DNA of 40,811 nucleotides from Deltaproteobacteria bacterium (GCA_026388375.1 JAPLJX010000494.1:1-40811), one strand, 5' to 3'. Numbered from the stretch's first letter, positions 24,828-34,148 are shown. Numbers and translations: made by a program. Notes: generated from the letters alone by a model not told the origin.

Positions 24828-25763
24828 ATGTCAATCAGTGAGTTTCCCGCAACGGCTTCACGGTTAACGATTAAAGTGATCGTCGACAATGTCGTTGATA
24901 TCTTTTTACCAAATTTAGGTCCGGCCACTTACCCCCATCCAGGTAAATCATCGGAATTATTGGCGGAACAAGGCTTCGCCATCTGGCTTGAAATCGAAGA
25001 TCAGTCTGGCTCAAAAAAGAAAATCCTTTATGACTTTGGGCGAAGCGGTCCTGTTTTGGAAAACAATTTGGATATTATGGGATTGGACCGGAACCAGATA
25101 GACTGTCTAGTTTTGAGTCACGGTCACCTTGACCATTATGGCGGAATGTGGTCCTTCTTGGAAAAACATTCCGCTTCAGCCCCTTTGTTCGTTCATCCTA
25201 CAACTTTCGGAACTCGCGGAATCACCCGTCCTGATGGGACTCTGATGCTTTGGACTCTGGAAAGGACAAAGCTGGAGAAAAAACTCACCGGTAACCTTAT
25301 CGTCTCTAAGGAACCTGTTCAGATCGGCCCAGGCTTGTGGAAGACAGGCACGATCCCCCGTCGCTCAGAGCTAGATTTACCTTTCAAAATAGCGGTCAGA
25401 GTTGAAGGCCAAACTATGAAGCCCGACCTTTTGGAAGATGATGCAGCCTTAGTAGCCAAAGTGGATGGCTTAGGCCTAATCGTCATGACTGGCTGTTGTC
25501 ATGCCGGGGTGTTCAACACTCTGGATGCCGCCAAAGACCTGTTTAGGGATGAACCTCTTTATGCTTTAATCGGAGGCTTGCATTTGAACAACCTGAGCAA
25601 AGGTCATCTCGATAAGGTTACCGCCGAACTTCATAAACGTAATCCTCAATGGCTCTTGCCCATGCACTGCACTGGCTCAAATGTTTTGCATCATTTTTAT
25701 CATGCCTTCGGGGAGCGTTTTATTACCGGTACCGTTGGCCTAAGTATTACTTTTGGCCGGTAA
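24828..25763 (+). CDS. MBL-fold metallo-hydrolase
   Basis: LVLSHGHLDHYGG is the HxHxDH motif. SD AAAGGAG is present. GC is lower than in the flanks (23/60 in the line at 25021 against 42/60 in the line at 24001, hand counted). Confidence 0.8.
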   Translation: MSISEFPATASRLTIKVIVDNVVDIFLPNLGPATYPHPGKSSELLAEQGFAIWLEIEDQSGSKKKILYDFGRSGPVLENNLDIMGLDRNQIDCLVLSHGHLDHYGGMWSFLEKHSASAPLFVHPTTFGTRGITRPDGTLMLWTLERTKLEKKLTGNLIVSKEPVQIGPGLWKTGTIPRRSELDLPFKIAVRVEGQTMKPDLLEDDAALVAKVDGLGLIVMTGCCHAGVFNTLDAAKDLFRDEPLYALIGGLHLNNLSKGHLDKVTAELHKRNPQWLLPMHCTGSNVLHHFYHAFGERFITGTVGLSITFGR

Positions 25764-25971
25764 TCGTAACTCTGAGTTGGATTCGAGAGTTTGCATGTGT
25801 TTGGCTTGCAATTTAGTAAGATTCGGTAATAATTAGCTTTTTATAGTGTAAGTTAACTGGGAAGGCATTTGTGTGTCAAGGGAATTTGAGCAGGACGAAA
25901 ACCATGTGAAATAAGCAACTCTTCGAGGGTAAGAAACCCTTCATATGCAAGCACGGGTGTCATTCATTTTA

Positions 25972-26085
25972 GTGGTTAGCGACATCATAGCGCAGGCTCC
26001 TACCCGATTTCTCTTGGCAGGAATGGGCGATATATTGTCAACAAAATTTGAAGCCGAAGCCTGCTGGAAATCGGGGGCGAATAAT
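25972..26085 (+). pseudogene. Internal fragment of a glycerol dehydrogenase (GldA-like) gene
   Basis: VVSDIIAQAPTRFLLAGMGDILSTKFEAEACWKSGANN parallels E. coli GldA [39 protein letters not shown] (recalled from memory). No N- or C-terminal parts are present. Confidence 0.6.
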
Positions 26086-26102
26086 TCATTGATACACTTT
26101 TT

Positions 26103-26300
26103 ATCGGAATGGCCATGGTGGGAACAGTCCTGGGATTCCAATTTCGGCGGCCATCCGATCTGGTCAAACGAGAGATCCCCATTTCCTGAAGCGGATGGGA
26201 AAAAGATATTTGGAGGAAGTTAAATTTGAATACAGATCCTGAAATCAACCTGCTTGAAAAGACGGAGCTCTGGATTGAGGGCATTTCTCTCCTGAATGTC
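26103..26300 (+). repeat. Direct repeat copy 2, including a 3'-end fragment of a paralogous TRAP fused permease (26103-26189)
   Basis: One frame reads GMAMVGTVLGFQFRRPSDLVKREIPIS-stop, parallel to the end of the 23235-24401 ORF (GIAVIGGVLAVQLRRPSDLVKREIPAS-stop). Confidence 0.8.
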
Positions 26301-27152
26301 CGGCTCGACGAGATCGCCGCAGTGGTGGCCGATGTTTTGGGTTTGGAGCGACTCGAAGTCCTGGTGGTAGACGTCCGGGAGGACCACATCGTATTGGACA
26401 TCCTGCGGTCGGTGCTCAAATCGAGCCAGATTGCAGGAAAAGGAGAGGAGATCCTCAAGAGAATCTCGATCCTTCCGGGAATCACCCTTTCCGAGCATGC
26501 GTGCATCCATTCGGAAGGAGCTTTAGGATGGGTGGCCCTGGATTCTGTTGAGTCGAAAAAAGCGATGGAGAAATCCTGGCGAATGGGCCAGGAGATTCGG
26601 GAACGCGTCGCCAAACGGGCAATTGTCTTTTCCACCGGATTTGAGGTTGAAAAAAGAATGATTGCCGATACCAACTACCCCCTGATTGAAAAACGGCTGC
26701 GGGAGAAGGGCTACACGGTCAAATTCGGAGGAATCCTGCCGGATGAGCCGGGGGCCATTGCCTATCAACTCCAGAAAGCCCTGGATGAGGGTTTTGGCTT
26801 GATCATCACTACAGGGGGGGTGGGCGCCGAGGCGAAGGACTGCACCGTCGAAGGTCTCCTCCGGGTAGATCCTTCCGCCGCCACTTCCTATATTCTCAAA
26901 TTCGAAATTGGAACCGGCCGCCACGTCAAGGCGGGGGTGCGCATCGCCGTGGGCGAGGTTGGGATTTCGCGGTTCGTGGCGCTTCCCGGTCCCACGCGGG
27001 AGGTGCAGATGGGTCTCGATCGACTCTTGGAGGCACTGGAGAAGAAGTGGGCAAAGGGTGAGACTGCCGAATATATTGCCTCTGCTCTACGAGTGACATG
27101 GCGAGGGCATAAGCACGAGATGAGCCATTCTTCAAAGGGTCAGGACGAATGA
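26226..27152 (+). CDS. Two-domain protein: unknown N-terminal domain (~125 aa) plus a MoaB/MogA/CinA-type molybdopterin-binding (MoCF_biosynth) domain
   Basis: AIVFSTGFEVEKRMIADTNYPLIEKRLREKGY...PDEPGAIAYQLQKALDEGFGLIITTGGVGAEAKDCT fits the MoCF-biosynthesis domain pattern. TTG start 8 nt after GGAGGA. Confidence 0.65.
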   Translation: MNTDPEINLLEKTELWIEGISLLNVRLDEIAAVVADVLGLERLEVLVVDVREDHIVLDILRSVLKSSQIAGKGEEILKRISILPGITLSEHACIHSEGALGWVALDSVESKKAMEKSWRMGQEIRERVAKRAIVFSTGFEVEKRMIADTNYPLIEKRLREKGYTVKFGGILPDEPGAIAYQLQKALDEGFGLIITTGGVGAEAKDCTVEGLLRVDPSAATSYILKFEIGTGRHVKAGVRIAVGEVGISRFVALPGPTREVQMGLDRLLEALEKKWAKGETAEYIASALRVTWRGHKHEMSHSSKGQDE

Positions 27153-27988
27153 ACGATTTTGAAAGCCTCCTTGCCAGGTTGGCGATTCCCGATCCATTCT
27201 ATGAGAAAGTTCTGGGGGAATTCAGGAACCGCCGCTTGACGGTGGTTCTTCGGTCCCAGAGGGAAGGACGGCTGGCTGGCGTTCCCATGGCCCAACATGC
27301 CGCCAAGGCTTTGGGGATCGAGGGAGACTGGAAAAAACATAACGGGGAAGAGGTTCAAAAAGGAGAAGCGGTGGCCAGGTTCCAGGGTCTCGCGGAACCG
27401 ATCATGAAGCTCGAAAACCTGGTGATCGGCATCATCGCCAAGCCCTCGGGAATTGCCACGGCAGCCGCGAAGGCCGTCCACGCGGCCGGAGGCCGAGTCC
27501 GGCTGGTGAGCGGGGGATGGAAGAAGCACCCGGTCCTGATCAAGGAAATGGTGCGGGAAGCGGTCGCCGCAGGAGGCTTTGGCCAACGGATATTGGATCA
27601 GCCCTTTTTGTATCTCGATAAGAATTATGTACGCATCTTTGGCGGGATCGGTCAAACACTTCGGGCGGTAGCTGCCGATCGGACTGCGAAAGTGATCCAG
27701 GTCCGAGGTGAGTTTGCTCCGATTGCTGAAGAGGCTCGGGAGGCGATCCGGAACGGGGCAAAGGTTGTCATGGTAGATACCGGGTCTTGGGAAGACCTGG
27801 ACAAGGTGCTTCAGGTTATGAAAGCGGGAAAATCGTCATCGGGGGTTCAGACCGCTTTTGCCGGGGGAATTCGGATCGAAGATATCCCGGCCCTAGTCCG
27901 GAAGGGGGTGGACATTTTGGATATCGGCGCCGCGATTTTAGACGCCCCCTGGCTGGAACTGAGTTACGATGTCGTGAAGGAAAAATGA
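27149..27988 (+). CDS. Quinolinate phosphoribosyltransferase-fold protein (NadC/ModD-like)
   Basis: KLENLVIGIIAKPSGIATAA parallels the NadC motif ERxxLNxLxxxSGIAT. A C-terminal TIM-barrel-like pattern is present (VVMVDT...FAGGIRIEDI...GVDILDIGAAILDAP). The start overlaps the upstream stop (ATGA). Confidence 0.65.
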   Translation: MNDFESLLARLAIPDPFYEKVLGEFRNRRLTVVLRSQREGRLAGVPMAQHAAKALGIEGDWKKHNGEEVQKGEAVARFQGLAEPIMKLENLVIGIIAKPSGIATAAAKAVHAAGGRVRLVSGGWKKHPVLIKEMVREAVAAGGFGQRILDQPFLYLDKNYVRIFGGIGQTLRAVAADRTAKVIQVRGEFAPIAEEAREAIRNGAKVVMVDTGSWEDLDKVLQVMKAGKSSSGVQTAFAGGIRIEDIPALVRKGVDILDIGAAILDAPWLELSYDVVKEK

Positions 27989-28010
27989 TAAGGAGAAAGG
28001 AGACCATGCC

Positions 28011-29081
28011 GTGAAAGAAAGAGTGGAAAGACTTAAAGCCTGGATGGAAGCGCAGGGAGTGGACGTTTCGGTAGTGCTGAAGCCCCATGATGTTCTTTAC
28101 CTTTCAGGGTCAGCGCCCATCTGCTCGGGTCTGCTCCTGTTTCGTCAAACCCCGCCCATTGAGGTTTGCATCTGGCTCGATGGTCAGACCGTCCAAAAGG
28201 AGAGTTCCTTCGCCCGGGTGATCGGTTACCGATTCCCGGAGTTTTCCATGGCCGTAAAAATGGCCGAGCTGATCCAGAAAGAAGCGGGCAGTCCAAAGGT
28301 CATCGGCATCGAGAAGGACTACATGACGGCGCGTTTTTATGATACCCTTGTAGACGCTTTCCCGGGGGCCGAGTTTGTTTCCATTACCCGGGCGATCGAT
28401 GAGATGCGGGCCATCAAGACCCCGGAGGAGATTCGCTATCTGAAAAATGCCGCGGTCATGGCAGACGCCGGAATGAAGGCTGCGCTGAAAGCAGTGAAAC
28501 CGGGAATCACTGAAATCCAGATTGCAGGGGAGGCCGAATATGCCATGCGGAAAGCGGGAAGCGAGGGATTGGCCTTTGGGACGATGGTTGCTTCCGGACT
28601 CCGGACCCTTCTGGCTCACCCCTATGCATCATCTAGGAAGATTGGGAAAAAGGACTTGGTCGTCATCGACATTGGGGCTAAATATAAAGGCTATTCTTCG
28701 GATCTTTGCCGGACCGCCTTTACGGGAAAACCAGCAGCGGAACAAAAAAAATTCCTCAAGCTCATGCTGGGGGCCCAGAAGGCCGTCTTCGATGCTGCCA
28801 GACCGGGCGTCAAGGTGGGCGAGGTCTACGCCGTTGCCGAAAAGATGTTTTCTGCCCATGGGTACGACAAATTTATTCCCGGGGATATCGGCTACGGCAG
28901 CGGCCTCCGCCAGTCTGAGTTTTTCCCTGTGATCTGTCGGAGCGGGCAGGATGTTCTTCAGGCCGGTATGGTGGTTGCGGTTTTCCAAACGACGGCCTAT
29001 CTCCGCCGGATTGGTGGGATTCGGGTTGAAGATCAGATCGTCATTCAGGAAAAGGGATATACCCAACTGTCCAAATGCTGA
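28011..29081 (+). CDS. M24-family metallopeptidase (Xaa-Pro aminopeptidase / creatinase-like)
   Basis: The creatinase-type N-domain (RVERLKAWMEAQGVDVSVV) is followed by the pita-bread catalytic pattern (VVIDIGAKYKGYSSDLCRT...VEDQIVI). GTG start with SD. Confidence 0.85.
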   Translation: MKERVERLKAWMEAQGVDVSVVLKPHDVLYLSGSAPICSGLLLFRQTPPIEVCIWLDGQTVQKESSFARVIGYRFPEFSMAVKMAELIQKEAGSPKVIGIEKDYMTARFYDTLVDAFPGAEFVSITRAIDEMRAIKTPEEIRYLKNAAVMADAGMKAALKAVKPGITEIQIAGEAEYAMRKAGSEGLAFGTMVASGLRTLLAHPYASSRKIGKKDLVVIDIGAKYKGYSSDLCRTAFTGKPAAEQKKFLKLMLGAQKAVFDAARPGVKVGEVYAVAEKMFSAHGYDKFIPGDIGYGSGLRQSEFFPVICRSGQDVLQAGMVVAVFQTTAYLRRIGGIRVEDQIVIQEKGYTQLSKC

Positions 29082-30367
29082 CCAGGGTCCGGAAGCCGGT
29101 CGAAGCCCGGCATACCCTTGGAGGGATCACCCGGAAATTGGGTAAGGAGAAAGCGGTTCTCTTCGAGCGGGTATCCGAATGCGCCACGCCCTTGGTGACG
29201 AACTTTATTTTTTCCCGCCAGGCGCTAGCCGCTTCCCTGGGCATGGAAGAAAAGGATGTCATTCCCAGATTCCAGAGAGCCATGGAAAAACCGCGCCCCT
29301 GTAAAATCATCGAGAAGGCGCCCTTCAAGGAGAACGTGCTGTCCCGGCATCTGAATCCTCTCAAACTGTTTCCGATTCCGACCTACCATGAGAGGGATGC
29401 AGGGCCGTATATCACGGGAGGAATTTTGGTCGCTAAAGATCCCGAAACAGGAATCCGGAATGTATCCATCCACCGTATCCGGGTGTTTGAAGATGGTGTC
29501 ATGAGCCTCCTGATCCTTCCCCGGCATCTGGATCTTTGCCTTCGGAAGTCCATCGAACTGAAACGCCCTTTGGAAGTGGCGATAGCCATCGGTGTAGACC
29601 CTTTCACGCTTCTGTCATCCCAGGCTATTCTGCCTTTCGGAGTCGACGAACTGGAAGTGGCGAACGCCATGAGGGAGGGTTCTCCTCTAAAGCTGGCACG
29701 TTGCGCCACCGTCGACCTGGAAGTGCCGGTGGATTCCGAGATTGTCCTGGAAGGGGTCATCGACACCTTGGACACCCGCATGGAAGGGCCTTTTGGAGAA
29801 TTTCCGCGTTACTACAGTCCCGAGGCCGCCCGGCCGACCGTCAAACTGAGCGCAATCTGCCACAGGGACAAGCCTGTCTACTACTCGATCCTTCCGGCCG
29901 CGCGGGAGCATTTACTCCTTGGTGCCATTCCACGGGAAGCGAGCATTCTGGCAAACGTCCAGCGGGCTGTGCCTTCTGTAAAGGCTGTTCACCTTACCTA
30001 CGGAGGGACCTGCCGTTACCATTTAATCATCTCCCTGGCCAAGAGAAATGAGGGAGAAGCGCGCACAGCCATGCTGGCCGCTATGGTCAATAACGCCGAC
30101 ATAAAACACGTGGTCGTTGTTGATAAGGATATTGACATCTTCGATATGGAGCAGGTGGAATGGGCCTTGGCGACCCGCTTTCAGGGCGATCGGGACTTGG
30201 TCGTCATTCCACAGATTCAGATTTCTACCCTCGACCCCTCTTCTGCAGCCGGCATGGGGACCAAGATGGGGATGGACGCCACTGCTCCCGTCGGCAGTCT
30301 GGAGCACGCATTTAAACCCATAGCGATTCCGGGGTATGAGGAGATTGATCTGAAGAAATATCTGTAA
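29075..30367 (+). CDS. UbiD-family (prFMN-dependent) decarboxylase/carboxylase
   Basis: FPIPTYHERDAGPYITGGILVAKDPETGIRNVSIHRIRV and the pattern downstream are typical of UbiD. The start overlaps the M24 stop (ATGCTGA). The protein is about 50 aa shorter than classical UbiD. Confidence 0.9.
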   Translation: MLTRVRKPVEARHTLGGITRKLGKEKAVLFERVSECATPLVTNFIFSRQALAASLGMEEKDVIPRFQRAMEKPRPCKIIEKAPFKENVLSRHLNPLKLFPIPTYHERDAGPYITGGILVAKDPETGIRNVSIHRIRVFEDGVMSLLILPRHLDLCLRKSIELKRPLEVAIAIGVDPFTLLSSQAILPFGVDELEVANAMREGSPLKLARCATVDLEVPVDSEIVLEGVIDTLDTRMEGPFGEFPRYYSPEAARPTVKLSAICHRDKPVYYSILPAAREHLLLGAIPREASILANVQRAVPSVKAVHLTYGGTCRYHLIISLAKRNEGEARTAMLAAMVNNADIKHVVVVDKDIDIFDMEQVEWALATRFQGDRDLVVIPQIQISTLDPSSAAGMGTKMGMDATAPVGSLEHAFKPIAIPGYEEIDLKKYL

Positions 30368-30414
30368 TCGTTGGATTCTCCGGGTCCTTCACCCGGGAAT
30401 CCCCCAAAGGGAAA

Positions 30415-31002
30415 ATGAGCGGTCGAGAGAAAAAAATGAAACGTTTCATTGTGGGGATATCCGGAGCCAGTGGGGTCATCTATGCTCAGCGTTTTTTGCA
30501 AAAGGTGGCGAAACATAATAAAACTGAAATCCATCTGATTGTCACTGCCAATGCCCAAGCCATTGTCAGGCACGAATTAGGTGAAAAAGCGGATTTATCG
30601 CACCTCGCCTTTCGAACCTATGCGCCGGATGATTTAATGGCGCCCATCTGCAGCGGATCATTTCCAACGGATGGAATGATCGTGATCCCTTGCAGCATGA
30701 AAACCCTAGCGGGTCTGGCTACCGGATTTGCCGATAACCTTCTTCTCAGGGCCGCGGATGTTACGATGAAGGAGAAACGTCCCCTTCTCCTTGTACCGCG
30801 GGAAATGCCCCTAAGCCCCATACACCTGGATAACATGTTAAAACTGGCCAATTGGGGCGCCCACATCATACCCGCCTGCCCTGGGTTTTATCATCTTCCC
30901 AAGAATCTGGATGACCTCATCGACCAGTTTGTGTTTCGAATCATGGATATTCTCGGCCTGAAAAGTCCGATCCAACGGTGGGGCCATCGTTTTTCCAGCT
31001 AG
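30415..31002 (+). CDS. ubiX: UbiX-type flavin prenyltransferase
   Basis: RFIVGISGASGVIYA, IPCSMKTLAG and LLVPREMPLS are present. The start could instead be the ATG at 30436. Confidence 0.9.
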   Translation: MSGREKKMKRFIVGISGASGVIYAQRFLQKVAKHNKTEIHLIVTANAQAIVRHELGEKADLSHLAFRTYAPDDLMAPICSGSFPTDGMIVIPCSMKTLAGLATGFADNLLLRAADVTMKEKRPLLLVPREMPLSPIHLDNMLKLANWGAHIIPACPGFYHLPKNLDDLIDQFVFRIMDILGLKSPIQRWGHRFSS

Positions 31003-31091
31003 GTCGATATGACCGGGTTCACTTGCAGTTTATCGGGAAACCAAAATGGGAGAAATCGAGGATTGAATATGACATTAAAGGAGAATTGTGT

Positions 31092-32330
31092 ATGAGTGAA
31101 AAATCAAAAGGTACGCCCTGGAAAACGGATGACTGGTTCGTCAGCCCATGGAACTACGTGGACGAGGTGACGAAGGGTTTCAACCCGCCCAAGAAGGTGA
31201 TCATTCACGACGTCACGCTGCGCGACGGCGAACAGCAGGCGGGGATTATTTACACGAAGGATGACAAGGTGCGGATTGCCGAGAAACTGGCGGAGGCGGG
31301 CGTACACCGGATCGAGACGGGCATGCCGGCCGTCTCCCCGATGGATGAGGCGGCGATCCGGGAGATCGTGAAGCGCAACCTCGGCCCGGAGATCTTCTGC
31401 TTCAGCCGCTGCATCGTGGACGATGTGAAGCGGGCGGCGGACTGCGGCGTGAGCGGCGTCGTCATCGAAATCCCCGTCAGCGCCCACATGGTGGACCAGG
31501 CCTACCGGTGGCCGCTCGAAAAGGCAATCGACCTGTCGATCAAGGCGACGGCCTGCGCGAAGGAGCAGGGACTTTACACGGTCTTCTTCACGATCGACGG
31601 GACGCGGGCCGACATGAACTTCCTGCTCAACCTGGTGGATCGGGTGGCCACGGAGGGACACATGGATGCCTTCACGCTGGTTGATACCTTCGGCGTGCTC
31701 TCCCCGCAGGCCGCGAGCTATTTCACCCGGAAGGTGAAAGAGCGGGTATCGAAGCCGATTGAGGTCCACTTCCATTCGGACTTCGGCATGGGGGTGGCCA
31801 ACACGATCATGGCGGTTCTGTCGGGGGCGGAGGTGATCCACTCCACGGTGGGTGGAATCGGCGAGCGGTGCGGCAACGCCCCGATGGAAGAGACGGCGAT
31901 GGCGCTCTTGACGATGTATGGAATCGACGTCGGCATCAACTTCAGCAAGATCAATGAGCTCTCGAAACTGGTCATGGAGCTTTCCGGTCTGGAGGTCCCG
32001 CCGCAGCGCCCCTTTGTCGGCGAGAAGGCCTATACGGTCGAATCGGGGATCGTCACCGGATGGTACCGGAACGCCTACAAGGAGCACCCGACGACCGTGT
32101 TTCCGGTCCGGCCCGAGTTTGTGGGCCACGCCGCACCCGAGATCGTCATGGGCAAGAAGAGCGGTGTGGACAACATCATGGTCTGGGCGGAGAAGCTCGG
32201 CCTCGAAATCGCCGAGGATAAGAAAATGGAGATTCTCAATCGGATCAAGCGGCGTTCCCATGATTTGAAACGCGTGCTGACGGAGCGGGAATTCAACGAG
32301 ATTGTGGAGCAGGCCAGGGCCAAGAAATAA
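31092..32330 (+). CDS. HMGL-like / LeuA-NifV-family pyruvate carboxyltransferase-domain enzyme (no regulatory domain)
   Basis: HDVTLRDGEQ and HFHSDFGMGVANT...GGIGERCGNAPMEE are present. SD AAAGGAGAA lies before the ATG at 31092. Confidence 0.8.
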   Translation: MSEKSKGTPWKTDDWFVSPWNYVDEVTKGFNPPKKVIIHDVTLRDGEQQAGIIYTKDDKVRIAEKLAEAGVHRIETGMPAVSPMDEAAIREIVKRNLGPEIFCFSRCIVDDVKRAADCGVSGVVIEIPVSAHMVDQAYRWPLEKAIDLSIKATACAKEQGLYTVFFTIDGTRADMNFLLNLVDRVATEGHMDAFTLVDTFGVLSPQAASYFTRKVKERVSKPIEVHFHSDFGMGVANTIMAVLSGAEVIHSTVGGIGERCGNAPMEETAMALLTMYGIDVGINFSKINELSKLVMELSGLEVPPQRPFVGEKAYTVESGIVTGWYRNAYKEHPTTVFPVRPEFVGHAAPEIVMGKKSGVDNIMVWAEKLGLEIAEDKKMEILNRIKRRSHDLKRVLTEREFNEIVEQARAKK

Positions 32331-32537
32331 TCGGGAAAAGAGATTCCATGGACAGGATCGGTGCTTGAATTTATCAGCCACGAGCTTGTGCACCAAGTAG
32401 AGGGAAGCAGTTTACTGGTTTTGCGCCGGTTGATGTTGCGGTCCAGGCCGCGTAGCCTACGCAAATGTTTTTGTGCTGGCCCTTACCCGCAGCCGCGAAC
32501 GGGAGACGGCCTTCTCACACTCGAACGGATACTGCCC

Positions 32538-34079
32538 ATGAATGGCGCCGAAAGCCTTGTACGCACGCTGCTCGCCGGCGGCGTCGATATCTGTTTCGCC
32601 AACCCCGGCACGTCGGAAATGCATTTCGTCGCCGCGCTCGACAAGGTCGAGGGCATGCGCTGCATCCTCGGCATGGCCGAAATCGTGGTGACCGGCTGCG
32701 CCGACGGCTACGCGCGCATGGCCGGCAAGCCCGCCGCGACGCTGCTCCATTGCGGGCCGGGCTTCGCCAACGGCATCGCCAACGTGCACAACGCGGGCCG
32801 GGCGCATTCGCCGATGGTCAATATCGTCGGTGACCAGGCGAGCTACCACCGGCCGTTCGATCCGCCGCTCACCGCCGATACCGAGGGCCTTGCACGCGCG
32901 GTGTCGGACTGGGTGCATACCAGCGCCTCCTCCGCGAGTGTAGGCATGGACAGCGCGGCCGCAGTGCAGGCTGCGAACACCGCGCCCGGGCAGATCGCCA
33001 CGCTGATCCTGCCGGCGGACACCGCCTGGAACGAGGGCGGCGTGGTTGCTGCGCCGCTGCCGGTCTCCGCACGATCGGCCGTGGCGCCGGACATTCTGCG
33101 CGCGACCGCGCAGGTGCTGCGCCGCAAGGAGCCGGCCATGCTGATTCTGTATGGGCAGGCTTTGTTGGAGGCTGGCCTCGCCGCGGCCAACCGCATCGCG
33201 CATGTCACCGGCGTGAAGCTGCGCACGCCCACCCAGGTATCGCGTATGGCGCGCGGCCGCGGGCGCGTGCCGGTGGACCGTATCCCCTACATGGTCGATG
33301 GCGCACTCAAGGCGCTGGCAGGCACGAAACACGTGATTCTCGTCGGCGCGAAGCCGCCCACGGCATTCTTCGCCTATCCGGGCAAGCCCAGCCTGATGTC
33401 CCCTCCGGACGCGGTCATCCACGTGCTCGCGCGGCCGGAGCAGGACGCGATTGCCGCCCTGGAATTGCTGGCTGACGAGCTCGGCGCACCCAAGCGCGTG
33501 CCGATTCCGGAGGGCGCGATCAAGCCGCAGCTCGCGCGCGGCAAGTTCGAGCCCGAAGCCTTCGCCAACACGCTCGCGGCGCTCCTGCCCGAGAACTGCA
33601 TCGTTGCCGAGGACGGCGTCACCTCCGGCCGCGCCCTGTTCGCGCCGACTTTCAACGCCGCGCCGATGGACTGGCTGCAAAATACCGGCGGCGCAATCGG
33701 CCACGCGTTTCCGTGTGCCACGGGCGCGGCACTCGCCTGCCCCGGACGCAAGGTGGTGTGCCTGCAGGCCGACGGCGCGGGCATGTACTCGCTGCAATCG
33801 TTATGGACCCAGGCGCGCGAGAAGCTCGATGTGGTGAACGTGGTGTTCGCCAACCGCATCTACAAGATACTCTATGGCGAGCTGGTCTCGGTGGGCGCAA
33901 AGCCCGGCCGTGTCTCGAACGAACTTTTCGATCTCTCGCGCCCCGAGCTCGACTGGGTGAAGCTCGCCGCAGGCATGGGCGTGGAAGCGACGCGCGTGGA
34001 AACGCTGGAGAGTTTCGCCGACGTGTTCACATCGGCCTGCGGCCGCCGCGGGCCGTTCCTGATCGAGTTCAGAATATAG
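32538..34079 (+). CDS. Thiamine-diphosphate-dependent enzyme (acetolactate synthase large-subunit-like)
   Basis: MNGAESLVRTLLAGGVDICFANPGTSEMHF...GYARMAGKPAATLLHCGPGFANG and the C-terminal TPP-binding pattern (GGAIGHAFP...LQADGAGMY) are present. No SD is visible. GC is extreme (45/60 in the line at 33001). Confidence 0.85.
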   Translation: MNGAESLVRTLLAGGVDICFANPGTSEMHFVAALDKVEGMRCILGMAEIVVTGCADGYARMAGKPAATLLHCGPGFANGIANVHNAGRAHSPMVNIVGDQASYHRPFDPPLTADTEGLARAVSDWVHTSASSASVGMDSAAAVQAANTAPGQIATLILPADTAWNEGGVVAAPLPVSARSAVAPDILRATAQVLRRKEPAMLILYGQALLEAGLAAANRIAHVTGVKLRTPTQVSRMARGRGRVPVDRIPYMVDGALKALAGTKHVILVGAKPPTAFFAYPGKPSLMSPPDAVIHVLARPEQDAIAALELLADELGAPKRVPIPEGAIKPQLARGKFEPEAFANTLAALLPENCIVAEDGVTSGRALFAPTFNAAPMDWLQNTGGAIGHAFPCATGAALACPGRKVVCLQADGAGMYSLQSLWTQAREKLDVVNVVFANRIYKILYGELVSVGAKPGRVSNELFDLSRPELDWVKLAAGMGVEATRVETLESFADVFTSACGRRGPFLIEFRI

Positions 34080-34148
34080 AGAGCGCGTCGGCGCTTCGCT
34101 AACCCGGATCGGCGATCGGCGGCAACCATAATTCTTTAGAAAGGAAAT

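Noticed and set aside
31104-33797. Two long minus-strand ORFs (31104-32396, 430 aa; 32457-33797, 446 aa)
   Set aside because: They are antisense shadows of the HMGL-like and TPP-enzyme genes. The products are dominated by R, H, G and D runs with no recognisable motifs, and stop codons are simply rare in these GC-rich frames.
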